Of a stretch of DNA of 64,000 nucleotides, positions 38,242 through 47,335 are shown in pieces. Each line of letters opens with the position of its first letter. Within the stretch, counting starts at the first letter, position 1. The notes below the pieces were generated by a model. That model made no database searches and was not told the DNA's origin. It was given only the letters and a program-made list of their open reading frames with translations. Source of the DNA: Patescibacteria group bacterium (GTDB taxonomy: Bacteria > Patescibacteriota > Minisyncoccia > Phycocordibacterales > JAKAEA01); NCBI GenBank assembly GCA_040387855.1, contig JAZKCY010000001.1, forward strand, positions 317,857-381,856, in the 5' to 3' direction. The position numbers and the translations under genes are program-made.

Positions 38242-38596
38242 GTTTTTTGATTGTTATTAGTAGTGAATCTAGATTGAATGGCTTTGCTATAAAATCATCA
38301 GCACCTGCATCCTTAACCGATTGTTCAGCTCCTGGATGAGCCGACATCATAATAATTGGAATTTGCTGTGTGGCTTTCTGACTTTTAAGCTTTTTACATA
38401 TTTCGCGGCCGTCCTTACCAGAAAGGAGGATGTCGAGGAGTATGAGATCAGGAAGAGCTTTTTTGTTTTTTTCAATTGCCTCAATCTCTTCTGGGTGTTC
38501 TGCTGCCACAACTTCATATCCAGAATACTCAAGAGTAAAACGCATGGCTTCCATGATGCTGTGATCATCTTCAATTACCAGGATCTTTTTACTCAT
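38234..38596 (-). CDS. stand-alone response-regulator receiver (REC) domain protein
   Basis: KILVIEDDHSIMEAM...DLILLDILLSGKDGREICKKLK; internal Met (MSKKILVIED, at 38596) starts 7 nt after the kinase stop; track ORF extends to 38662. Confidence 0.8.
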   Translation of the reverse strand: MSKKILVIEDDHSIMEAMRFTLEYSGYEVVAAEHPEEIEAIEKNKKALPDLILLDILLSGKDGREICKKLKSQKATQQIPIIMMSAHPGAEQSVKDAGADDFIAKPFNLDSLLITIKKHV

Positions 38597-40223
38597 GTGT
38601 TTGTTTTGTGAAAGGCATAGTAAAGCAAAACTTTGATCCCTTTCCCTTAATACTTTTAACATCTATTTTGCCATGATGTCTTCGAACTATTTCGGAAGAT
38701 ATATAGAGTCCAATTCCGAGTCCAGGAAATGTACGTGCTTCCGGACCCGACACTCTATAAAAACGTGTAAAGATTTTCTTTTGCTGTTCTTTTGTGATGC
38801 CTATACCGTAGTCTTGAACAGTAATTTCTGCATTATGTTTTGTTTCACCAACATGAACAACTACTTTATGTGCCTCTGGTGAGTATTTTATCGCATTCGT
38901 TAGTAAATTTGTAATTACTTGTGCAATACGATATTTGTCACCCCATACTTTCTTTGTGAGAGTGCCTTTGATTGTAATCTTGTGTTGAATTGAACTTGCC
39001 TGAACACTTTCGATTGTATCTACAACAACTTCTTGTAAATCAAAAAATTCCTCATGAAATTCCAGCTTACCCAACTGTAATTTTGAAATATTGAGAAGAT
39101 CATCAATAAGCAGCGTGAGTTTATTAATTTGGGTTTCCATCTTTTTAAGTGGAATGATCATTTGATCTTCACCTTTTCGTTTCATCTGCTCTAGAATAAC
39201 CTGCGTGTACATTTTTAAAGAGGTGACTGGGGTTTTCAATTCATGACTTGCAACACTAATAAACTCATCACGAACTGAAACTGCTTTTTGAGATTCTGTA
39301 AACAAACGTGCATTGTGAATAGCGAGTGCCGCCCGAGCTGCAACTTCTTGTGCAACAGTGAGATCTGCTTGTGTATATTTTCGCCCCGATTCTGAATAAA
39401 TAAAACTGATTGCACCAACAGGCTTATCTTGAATGATAATTGGAAGCATCATCACCGACGATAGCTGAAGCTTGCGAGCAAGTTTAAGGTGTTCTTCATC
39501 TCGTGCAGAAGCGACAAGCATTTCATCAGTAATAACTGGATAAAATTGTGTTTCACCCTTAGTAAGTACTTTAGTAAGTCCATTAGTCTCATCATTAATA
39601 TCAGGTGGATCTTTTTTGTTGAGTTCAATAGCCCATTTTACTTTTTTGGGGTCTATGTGGGCTACAGCCAATCTATGTATTTGATTATCGGCAGTAAGCA
39701 TATCTACTGCACACCAATCGGCAATCTCAGGTACACCAAGATCCGCAACAGCTTTGAGTGTTTTATTGTAATCAAGTGATGAAGATAATACTTTACTCAC
39801 TTGAGCTAAGTATGAAAGATTTGATTCCACTTGTTTTCGTTCTGTAATATCGATATTAACTCCAATAACCCGAATTGCTTTTTTCTTTGCATTGCGAACT
39901 ATTTTTGCTCGAGTCATCAGATGGTGAACACTTTTATCAGGCCAGATCACTCTGAATTCAATATTAAGTTCATTTTCGTGTTTCAATCCATATGCTGTTG
40001 CATCAGCAACTTTCTTCTTATCCTCAGGGTGAAGTAGTTTTGACCATTCGACGCTATTTTTTCCTTTAAAACCGCCATTTGGAAAGCCATAGAGGGCTTC
40101 AAAACCCTTTGACCATGTTGATATTCCTTTTACAAGATCCCATTCAAAAGTACCAATTTTTCCGGCTTTTTGAATAAATTCATCTTGATCTATGTGGTTT
40201 TGTTCCAAATGTGATGAGGACAT
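38589..40223 (-). CDS. cytoplasmic sensor histidine kinase, PAS-GAF-HisKA-HATPase_c
   Basis: PAS (GTFEWDLVKG...), GAF-like region, H-box SHELKTPVTSLKMY, G-boxes GIGITKEQQKKIF / GLGIGLYIS; probable start MSSSHLEQ at 40223 (track 40289 uses upstream GTG). Confidence 0.8.
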   Translation of the reverse strand: MSSSHLEQNHIDQDEFIQKAGKIGTFEWDLVKGISTWSKGFEALYGFPNGGFKGKNSVEWSKLLHPEDKKKVADATAYGLKHENELNIEFRVIWPDKSVHHLMTRAKIVRNAKKKAIRVIGVNIDITERKQVESNLSYLAQVSKVLSSSLDYNKTLKAVADLGVPEIADWCAVDMLTADNQIHRLAVAHIDPKKVKWAIELNKKDPPDINDETNGLTKVLTKGETQFYPVITDEMLVASARDEEHLKLARKLQLSSVMMLPIIIQDKPVGAISFIYSESGRKYTQADLTVAQEVAARAALAIHNARLFTESQKAVSVRDEFISVASHELKTPVTSLKMYTQVILEQMKRKGEDQMIIPLKKMETQINKLTLLIDDLLNISKLQLGKLEFHEEFFDLQEVVVDTIESVQASSIQHKITIKGTLTKKVWGDKYRIAQVITNLLTNAIKYSPEAHKVVVHVGETKHNAEITVQDYGIGITKEQQKKIFTRFYRVSGPEARTFPGLGIGLYISSEIVRRHHGKIDVKSIKGKGSKFCFTMPFTKQTHE

Positions 40224-40274
40224 ATACGTAGTCTTTAGACATTGGCATAATACAGTATGGGCTGATACAAGTAA

Positions 40275-40303
40275 ATAAAAACTCCCCACTTGGGGAGTTT
40301 TTG
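40275..40303. terminator. bidirectional rho-independent terminator
   Basis: aaactcccc-actt-ggggagttt flanked by A and T runs. Confidence 0.65.
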
Positions 40304-40307
40304 AAAT

Positions 40308-40433
40308 TTATTCAGATTCTTCTTCAGAATCTTGTTCTTCTGTTGGAGCTTGTGTTCCTCCACTATGTGATGCTTTTTGTTCGTCTTTAGAACCTCCTTT
40401 TGAATTTGAGTTAGAATCTCGATTTGATGCCAT
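40308..40433 (-). CDS. small hydrophilic Ser/Glu-rich protein (about 41 aa), not in ORF track
   Basis: manual translation MASNRDSNSNSKGGSKDEQKASHSGGTQAPTEEQDSEEESE, directly followed by the terminator; coordinates approximate. Confidence 0.25.
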   Translation of the reverse strand: MASNRDSNSNSKGGSKDEQKASHSGGTQAPTEEQDSEEESE

Positions 40434-40605
40434 AAAATTATTTAAATTATGTTACTAATGAACACGCTTTTAATGACGGGCTAGTTTATAACTCCTTACT
40501 TTAATGTTGAGCTGTTTTCATAATTAGACAACACAAAATCTTGTTGAGCATAAGTCTAAACTATACTCTGTAAAAAATAAGCGGTTTCTGCGTCATAGAT
40601 AGCAC

Positions 40606-40794
40606 ATGGCGAACATAATTCTTTTATCTGGAATAGCAATTCTGTCTTTTATGCTTATATTTGTAGGCAATTTGTCACGTATCACAAGTGATATGGCTGT
40701 GGCACGTCCGGGCTATGCCTTCTATTTTCCAATCACAACAATGATGCTCATGAGCATCGTGCTATCATTTATTTTCTGGATTTTACGCCGATAG
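40606..40794 (+). CDS. small two-TM membrane protein
   Basis: 62-aa hydrophobic ORF immediately upstream of the YibE/F-like gene. Confidence 0.3.
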   Translation: MANIILLSGIAILSFMLIFVGNLSRITSDMAVARPGYAFYFPITTMMLMSIVLSFIFWILRR

Positions 40795-40812
40795 TCGTCT
40801 ACTATAGAACGT

Positions 40813-41958
40813 ATGTATAAAAAATTGCTCATCATTGGTGTTGCTGCTCTTTGTATGAGTTTGTTTGGTGTAGTTCAGATTCATGCTCAAGAAGAGTCTT
40901 CAGATGTGCAGGGTGTATGGAAAGCAAAAGTACTTGAGGTTACAAACCAGGAAACACGACTCGTTCCAGGTACTGATACACAGTCTACCTACCAAACTCT
41001 ACAAGTAGAAGTTTTGGAAGGGGAAAGAAAAGGCCAGATTATAACTATAGAAAATGATTTCCTAAAATTAGAAAAAGGGGATGCTTTCTTTATGAATTAT
41101 CTGAAGAAAGCAGATGGAACAGAATTATATTCTGTACGCGACATTGAGCGAAGGCCAACCATCTATTTTCTTATCGCACTTTTTGTTGCTGTGATAATCT
41201 CATTTGGCGGCAGACAGGGGATCCGCTCTTTAATTAGTCTTGCTGGTAGTTTACTTATTATTTTATATGTTTTATTGCCTGCGCTATTAAAAGGATACAA
41301 CCCCGTACTTATGAGTACTCTCATTGCTACATGTATTTTGTTTTTAGCAATTTATTTTACACATGGATTTAACAAGGAATCTACAGCTGCATTTCTAGGT
41401 ACTGTAATAGCAATTGTTGTAACTGGAATTCTTGCATCTCTTGCTGTGAGTGCTGCAAGCCTATCTGGCTTTGCTTCAGATGAGTCAGTGTTTCTAAATC
41501 TCACAACGAGGGGTACATTAAATATGCAGGGACTCTTATTGGGTGCAATCATTATTGGAGTGCTTGGAGTTCTTGATGATATCGCAATTACACAGGCGAC
41601 CGTTGTGAGAGAATTATATGGCACCGCACCACATTTAAAAAGATTGGAAATATACAAAATTGCAATTCGTGTAGGGAAAGAACACGTTGGAGCATTGGTA
41701 AACACACTTGCTCTTGCATATACAGGCGCGTCGCTACCGTTACTACTATTGTTCTCTTCAGGAAGTACATCTGTATCCATGATTTTAAATTATGAAATTT
41801 TTGCGACAGAAGTTATTCGAACAATTATAGGTAGTATCGGACTCATACTCACAGTTCCGATAGTAACTGGCTTAGCTGTTGTGCTCCTCGAGAAGACAAG
41901 AGGACAAAAGCCTCACCATGCACACGGTCACAGCCATTCTCATAATCACGTGCATTAG
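40813..41958 (+). CDS. YibE/F-like multi-TM membrane protein with His-rich C-terminal tail
   Basis: signal/TM, soluble N-domain, about 8 TM helices, C-terminus HHAHGHSHSHNHVH. Confidence 0.45.
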   Translation: MYKKLLIIGVAALCMSLFGVVQIHAQEESSDVQGVWKAKVLEVTNQETRLVPGTDTQSTYQTLQVEVLEGERKGQIITIENDFLKLEKGDAFFMNYLKKADGTELYSVRDIERRPTIYFLIALFVAVIISFGGRQGIRSLISLAGSLLIILYVLLPALLKGYNPVLMSTLIATCILFLAIYFTHGFNKESTAAFLGTVIAIVVTGILASLAVSAASLSGFASDESVFLNLTTRGTLNMQGLLLGAIIIGVLGVLDDIAITQATVVRELYGTAPHLKRLEIYKIAIRVGKEHVGALVNTLALAYTGASLPLLLLFSSGSTSVSMILNYEIFATEVIRTIIGSIGLILTVPIVTGLAVVLLEKTRGQKPHHAHGHSHSHNHVH

Positions 41959-41992
41959 TGTATACTAGTAAAGTACTTATTAAACAAATTAC

Positions 41993-42145
41993 ATGGCATC
42001 AATAGCATATTGCATGAAGTGCAAAGAAAAGCGGGATATGAAAGATGAGAAGGAGGTAGAAATGAAAGGTGGCCGACGAGCATTACAGGGAGTATGTTCA
42101 AAGTGTGGCACTAAAATGTTTAAGATCTTAGGTAAGGCAAAATAA
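41993..42145 (+). CDS. small zinc-ribbon protein (about 50 aa), not in ORF track
   Basis: manual translation MASIAYCMKCKEKRDMKDEKEVEMKGGRRALQGVCSKCGTKMFKILGKAK with CxxC...CxxC; followed by a terminator. Confidence 0.4.
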   Translation: MASIAYCMKCKEKRDMKDEKEVEMKGGRRALQGVCSKCGTKMFKILGKAK

Positions 42146-42169
42146 ACATTGAGATAGTAAAAATAAAAA

Positions 42170-42200
42170 GCACCCCGAAAATCTCGAGGGTGTTTTTTAT
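42170..42200 (+). terminator. rho-independent terminator
   Basis: gcaccccga-aaatc-tcgagggtg followed by ttttttatt. Confidence 0.55.
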
Positions 42201-42258
42201 TGCCCAGATTGACTCTAAACTAATTGTGTCCTGTCACACATTTTTTCGAAAGATAGAG

Positions 42259-42279
42259 ATACTTAAGCGTCTTAAGTAT
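42259..42279. promoter_or_regulatory. 9-3-9 perfect inverted repeat, candidate operator upstream of the CHRD gene
   Basis: ATACTTAAG-cgt-CTTAAGTAT about 50 nt upstream of the 42328 start. Confidence 0.3.
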
Positions 42280-42327
42280 TATCGTAAACATGATTGTTTA
42301 TAGATTTTAAAAATAGAATTTTAAATT

Positions 42328-43200
42328 ATGACTAAAAAATTATTATCAGGAATGCTTGTTGTTACTTTGCTTGCTGCTGGAACAGCTGTAGCAACAGCTG
42401 ATACTTCAATGCATGGTTCAACAACAATGCAGACTCATTCAATTATGGTAGGTGATTATAAACATACGTTTAGTGCAAATCTTTCTGGAGGAATGGAAGT
42501 GCCACCTGTAACTACTCAGGGAATGGGTACTAGTGAATTTCATGTGTCAGGAGATGAGCGAACGATTCACTATAAGCTAGGAGTACACAATCTTTCATCT
42601 CCAGTTACAGGAGCTCATCTTCATTGCGCACCTATGGGACAAAATGGGCCTGTTGTTGTTCCATTAGCAAATCCAATGGGATCAACGACACATATGATGT
42701 CTGAAGGAATGATTACTGAATCTCAAATAACAGCAGCATCAGCAGCATGTAGTCCAAATATTCGCACCGCATCACATCTAGTACAGGCAATGCGGGAAGG
42801 ACAGATGTATGTAAATGTTCATACTGAATTACATCCCAGCGGCGAAGTGAGAGGTCAATTAATGCTTCAAGATGGAAAGGCAAGTCCAGTATATTCTCAT
42901 GATGATCATATGAAAATGTATAAAGATGGATACTCTATGATGAAAGAAGGTTATTCTTGGATGAGTAATCCAGACAAAATGTACGAAGGATATATGATGA
43001 TGCACAAGGGCTATATGCATATGCATGATTCATACAAGCACGTTGATGCTGATCATCATGCAATGATGACAGAGGCTCATACTTGGATGCTCAGTGCACA
43101 TCAAAAGATGCTCGATCATTATAATGCAATGCACAATTCTCTTATGATGCATTCACCAATGATGCATGCAACGTCTACTGCCACAACAACATCAATGTAG
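42328..43200 (+). CDS. secreted CHRD-domain protein with Met/His-rich C-terminal tail
   Basis: signal peptide; CHRD-like LSGGMEVPPVTTQGMGTSEFHV ... VHNLSSPVTGAHLHCAPMGQNGPVVVPL; tail MMKEGYSWM, MMMHKGYMHMHDSYKH, MMHSPMMH. Confidence 0.6.
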   Translation: MTKKLLSGMLVVTLLAAGTAVATADTSMHGSTTMQTHSIMVGDYKHTFSANLSGGMEVPPVTTQGMGTSEFHVSGDERTIHYKLGVHNLSSPVTGAHLHCAPMGQNGPVVVPLANPMGSTTHMMSEGMITESQITAASAACSPNIRTASHLVQAMREGQMYVNVHTELHPSGEVRGQLMLQDGKASPVYSHDDHMKMYKDGYSMMKEGYSWMSNPDKMYEGYMMMHKGYMHMHDSYKHVDADHHAMMTEAHTWMLSAHQKMLDHYNAMHNSLMMHSPMMHATSTATTTSM

Positions 43201-43303
43201 TCTATTCCAATAACTGTTTGAAACAATAAAACCTCAGAAAACTTCTGAGGTTTTATTATGTGTATATATGATAAAATGTAGCTAAAGTTTCTATAAAATT
43301 ATT

Positions 43304-43828
43304 ATGAAGAAATCTGCACTCATTACTTTTTTTGCTTTCATAGCTGCATTTATTACTCTTTTGGCTAGGGAAGCTATAAGCCCTACCGCTTCTCCACAAA
43401 CTCTTCCTGCAAGTGTGTACAATGTGGTTCAAGTGGTAGATGGAGATACTATTAAAGTAGAAATAGACGGAACAAAGCAAACATTACGATTGATAGGCAT
43501 TAACACTCCTGAAACTGTGGACCCACGAAAGCCAGTAGAATGCTTTGGTAGGGAAGCATCAAACAAAGCAAAAGAATTGCTTGCTAATCAAAATGTAAAA
43601 ATTGTCGCTGATCCCACTCAAGACGAGCGAGATAAATATGATAGGTTGTTGCGATATGTATATTTAGAAGATGGAACAAATTTTAATAAACTCATGATTG
43701 AGCAAGGATATGCATATGAGTATACCTACGATGTTCCGTATCAGTATCAAGAAGATTTCAAAGCTGCTCAGCGATATGCCCAACAAAATAAATTGGGATT
43801 ATGGGGTGCTACTTGTTCTCAAAACTAG
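43304..43828 (+). CDS. secreted thermonuclease (staphylococcal nuclease, SNase fold)
   Basis: N-terminal TM/signal, VVDGDTIKVEIDGTKQTLRLIGINTPET, RYVYLEDGTNFNKLMIEQGYA. Confidence 0.8.
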   Translation: MKKSALITFFAFIAAFITLLAREAISPTASPQTLPASVYNVVQVVDGDTIKVEIDGTKQTLRLIGINTPETVDPRKPVECFGREASNKAKELLANQNVKIVADPTQDERDKYDRLLRYVYLEDGTNFNKLMIEQGYAYEYTYDVPYQYQEDFKAAQRYAQQNKLGLWGATCSQN

Positions 43829-44618
43829 TTGCCATATAATGTGATTCTCCTGGTTCTTCATGTCCATGGTTTACAAATGTACCGATGGTAAACATGAGTG
43901 CAATACCTAAAATTAAAGAAACTATATGGATACTAAGATGATCATGTTTTCGTACTGAATCAATAGTGTGGGGAAGGAGATCTCGTAGTACTACATAAAT
44001 GAAACTTCCTGCAGCAAGGCCTAGCAATGGCAACTGGAATTGTTCAACAGCTGATACAAAGAATGTGAGAACAACACCAATAATTATAGTTCCAGAAATA
44101 AAGAAGTTACGAATAAGAGCTTGTCGGGAAGTGTATCCTGCCTCTTTAAGAATAAAAAATTCTGATGTTTCTTGAGCAAGTTCATGGATCAAAATTGCTA
44201 GAGCAGTAGTTATACCTACATAGGTACTAACTAAAAATGCAGTAGTAAGGAGAATGCCGTCGCCAATATTATGAAGTGCATCACCAATTTGTAATCGTCG
44301 AGCATCGATATGTGTGTGCTCATGATCGTGTTCAAGTGTGTCGTGATGGTGGTGAGTATCAGGAATTAATCTACTTGCAATCTCAACAACTAAAATTCCA
44401 GCTATCATCCACAAAAATACTGTACTTACTGATGAAGATTCATGAAGTACTTCTTCAACAAGTTGATAAATAATTACAAGAAACACACCCATTGAGAAGG
44501 TGATAAGGAATCGCAAATTATGTTGGAGCCAATTGTGTAATCGTGCAGAAAGAAAAATTCCTCCAATGAGAGATCCACACATAATAGCTACAACCGAGAG
44601 TGCAACTGGAATTATCAT
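43809..44618 (-). CDS. ZIP-family divalent metal (Zn/Fe) transporter with His-rich loop
   Basis: HELAQETSEFFILKEAGY signature (HExPxExGD-like), loop DTHHHHDTLEHDHEHTHID; internal Met MIIPVALSV at 44618 preferred (track ORF 44831 overlaps the upstream gene). Confidence 0.7.
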   Translation of the reverse strand: MIIPVALSVVAIMCGSLIGGIFLSARLHNWLQHNLRFLITFSMGVFLVIIYQLVEEVLHESSSVSTVFLWMIAGILVVEIASRLIPDTHHHHDTLEHDHEHTHIDARRLQIGDALHNIGDGILLTTAFLVSTYVGITTALAILIHELAQETSEFFILKEAGYTSRQALIRNFFISGTIIIGVVLTFFVSAVEQFQLPLLGLAAGSFIYVVLRDLLPHTIDSVRKHDHLSIHIVSLILGIALMFTIGTFVNHGHEEPGESHYMATSFENK

Positions 44619-44667
44619 ATAAACTCGAGTATATTCCAATTCATAAATTAATGCAAGTAAATTGCAT

Positions 44668-45480
44668 TTAGACTGAGCACTGAGATAGTGATCCAGATTC
44701 AAAACCTCGATTAAATGAAGTGACCCGTTGTTCTGATGAACCGTGTGTCCAACTTTCTGGATTGGTTCTGCCTGTTGTTGCCTTTTGTATACGATCATCT
44801 CCAACCGCAGCTGCTGCATCAAGTGCTTCATTTATTTCACCCGGTGAGAATATTCCTAAGTCTTTTATTGAATGAGCCCACATTCCTGCATAACAGTCTG
44901 CTTGAAGTTCTGTTGCAACAGATTCAGCATTTGATTCACGTTCATTTAAACTCCCTAATATATTTTGTACATGATGACCGACTTCATGAGAGATAACATA
45001 TGCTTCAGCTACATCTCCACCTTGAGCTCCAAGTCGAGAACTAAGTTCTTCAAAAAAAGTTTCGTCTAAATAAATAGTGCCATCCAAAGGACAGTAATGT
45101 GGTCCTACTCGTGCATCTGCACCACCACACTCTGATTGTGTTGATCCTCTGAAAAGTACCAGTGTTGGTTCTTGATATGTACGATTGTTTTCGGCAAATA
45201 TTCGTTTCCACATATCATTGTTTGAACCCAATACTGTTGATGCAAATACTTCATAACTATCCGCTCCTTCAAAATCCTGAGCGTTGTATGTTTGCTGTTG
45301 CTGAAGCTGGTTTGGATCTATTTGTGTTATAACGTCAGTTACATCACCTCCATTAAGTAATGTAAAAATTATTCCAATAATTAGGCCCGTAATTCCTAAA
45401 CCTCCTCCAATAGCCGCTGGCCCCATTGCGCGTCTATCTTGAACATTCCCACGTGATGATACTTTATCCCATAATGCCAT
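44668..45480 (-). CDS. YpfJ-like putative neutral zinc metallopeptidase, membrane-anchored
   Basis: N-terminal TM, HExxH in YVISHEVGHHVQN, conserved ELQADCYAGMWAHS region. Confidence 0.65.
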   Translation of the reverse strand: MALWDKVSSRGNVQDRRAMGPAAIGGGLGITGLIIGIIFTLLNGGDVTDVITQIDPNQLQQQQTYNAQDFEGADSYEVFASTVLGSNNDMWKRIFAENNRTYQEPTLVLFRGSTQSECGGADARVGPHYCPLDGTIYLDETFFEELSSRLGAQGGDVAEAYVISHEVGHHVQNILGSLNERESNAESVATELQADCYAGMWAHSIKDLGIFSPGEINEALDAAAAVGDDRIQKATTGRTNPESWTHGSSEQRVTSFNRGFESGSLSQCSV

Positions 45481-45527
45481 ATAGATATATAGACAGATTT
45501 TTTGTCTAAGAATTACACACGGGCTAA

Positions 45528-47195
45528 TTATTCTGCGAGCGGTAGAGTGAAGTAGAACGTTGAGCCTTTTCCTTTAATACTTTTAACCCATAATCTTCCT
45601 CCTTGATTCACTATAATTTCATTACAAATGTAGAGACCTAAGCCAAGTCCTGGATATGTTTTTAATTCAGGAGTATTTATTTGATAGAACCGTGTAAAGA
45701 TTTTATCTTGATGATCTTTATCAATTCCAATACCAAAATCTTGAACACCTACAATCAATTCTTTGTTTTTTTTCTTAATCTCAACAATGATTTTGTTTGC
45801 ATGCGGAGAATACTTAATCCCATTGGTTAGAAAATTAATTATTACCTGGCGCACTCTATCTTTGTCGGCAAATACTTTTGAAGAATCAGCAGTTCTGACA
45901 GTGATTTTATGAGTAGCTGTTGTCGCTTGTACATCTGTCACTACATCAGTCAATAAATTCTTAAGAGAGAACTGAGACTTTTTGTATTCTAATTTACCTT
46001 TTTGGACTCGAGTAATATCCAAAAGATCAACTATAAGTTTGGTAAGTCTATCAAGTTGTTCTTCTATTCGAGTGGCAAACATATGACCTTTTGCATCATT
46101 TTTGTCTTTAAAATGTTGATTCAAAACATGAGAAAACATTTTAAGTGAAGTTACTGGAGTCTTAAGCTCGTGACTTACAAGAGCAACGAAATCTTCTTTT
46201 TGTTGGTCTGCCAATTTCTTTTCTGTAATATCACGACCAATAGCAGATGCTCCAATAATATTACCCTTAGTATCTTTAATGGGTGATACTGTAAGAGATA
46301 CAAAAATTTCTTTTCCAGATTTATGAAAACGACGTGTTTCATAGTGTTGGATACGTTGACCCTTTTTTATGCAGCTAATTATATATTCCTCATCCTTATG
46401 AAGTGATGGGGGGATTAAAAAAGTAACATGCTTACCTATAATTTCTGAGTCTTTATAGCCATACATTTTTTCTGCTCCACGATTCCAGCTCGTAATTACT
46501 CCGTTCAAATCTTTACTCGTAATTGCATCGCTTGATGATTCAACAATTGCCGCGAGTCTCTTCTGAGCAAAATATGCTTCTTCAAGTTCTATCGTTCGAT
46601 TTTCAAGATCAACCTGAATCTTTTTTTCATCAGTAATGTCTTGAGCTGTTCCAATCATCTTAACAACTCTGCCTTTTCTGTCTTTTATAACTCTGCCTAT
46701 GCCTCGCACATATCTAATAGAACCATTTTTTCGAAATACACGGTGATAGAGAAGATATGGCTTTTTTGCTTTAAATGCCGTTTCAATTATTTTTTTTATT
46801 TCTGCTTGATCTTCGGGATGAATGAGAGATATATACTCATCAAAAGTTGGATTGTGTTTTGAGACGGGGAGATCAAATATCTTAAATAATTGAGGTGACC
46901 ATATAATAGTGTTGGCTAAAACATCCCATTGCCAGTTACCAAGCTTAGCTGTTGTTTGGGCTAGCTGAAGTTCATTGTTTACAGATTCAATTGTTGCAAT
47001 CTTTTCATGAATTACTTCTGTCATCAATTGAATACCTGTATACAATTCTGTGAATTCATCATCATTATCAGGAAGAGTGATTTTAGTAGAAAAATCACCA
47101 ATTGCCGCTTTTGCAAAGAGGGGGCGAAGCTTTTTTAATTGTTTTTGAACATTTTTCTTGTAATGTTCTAGTCCGGGATCTTTCATTATTTCCAT
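45528..47195 (-). CDS. sensor histidine kinase with HAMP-like N-terminus, two PAS domains, HisKA and HATPase_c
   Basis: H-box SHELKTPVTSLKMF, G-boxes GIGIDKDHQDKIF / GLGLGLYICNEI, 555 aa, no TM. Confidence 0.8.
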   Translation of the reverse strand: MEIMKDPGLEHYKKNVQKQLKKLRPLFAKAAIGDFSTKITLPDNDDEFTELYTGIQLMTEVIHEKIATIESVNNELQLAQTTAKLGNWQWDVLANTIIWSPQLFKIFDLPVSKHNPTFDEYISLIHPEDQAEIKKIIETAFKAKKPYLLYHRVFRKNGSIRYVRGIGRVIKDRKGRVVKMIGTAQDITDEKKIQVDLENRTIELEEAYFAQKRLAAIVESSSDAITSKDLNGVITSWNRGAEKMYGYKDSEIIGKHVTFLIPPSLHKDEEYIISCIKKGQRIQHYETRRFHKSGKEIFVSLTVSPIKDTKGNIIGASAIGRDITEKKLADQQKEDFVALVSHELKTPVTSLKMFSHVLNQHFKDKNDAKGHMFATRIEEQLDRLTKLIVDLLDITRVQKGKLEYKKSQFSLKNLLTDVVTDVQATTATHKITVRTADSSKVFADKDRVRQVIINFLTNGIKYSPHANKIIVEIKKKNKELIVGVQDFGIGIDKDHQDKIFTRFYQINTPELKTYPGLGLGLYICNEIIVNQGGRLWVKSIKGKGSTFYFTLPLAE

Positions 47196-47335
47196 TCAAT
47201 TATATATGTAGTACTGCCATCAGGATTGCTATATGACTCTACTTTACCTTGAAGTCAAAAATTCTCCAACATTGAACTGATAAAGCTCTTTGTATTATTA
47301 ATTGCAAATTAGTTGCATTGTGGTAGTGTGCATAT

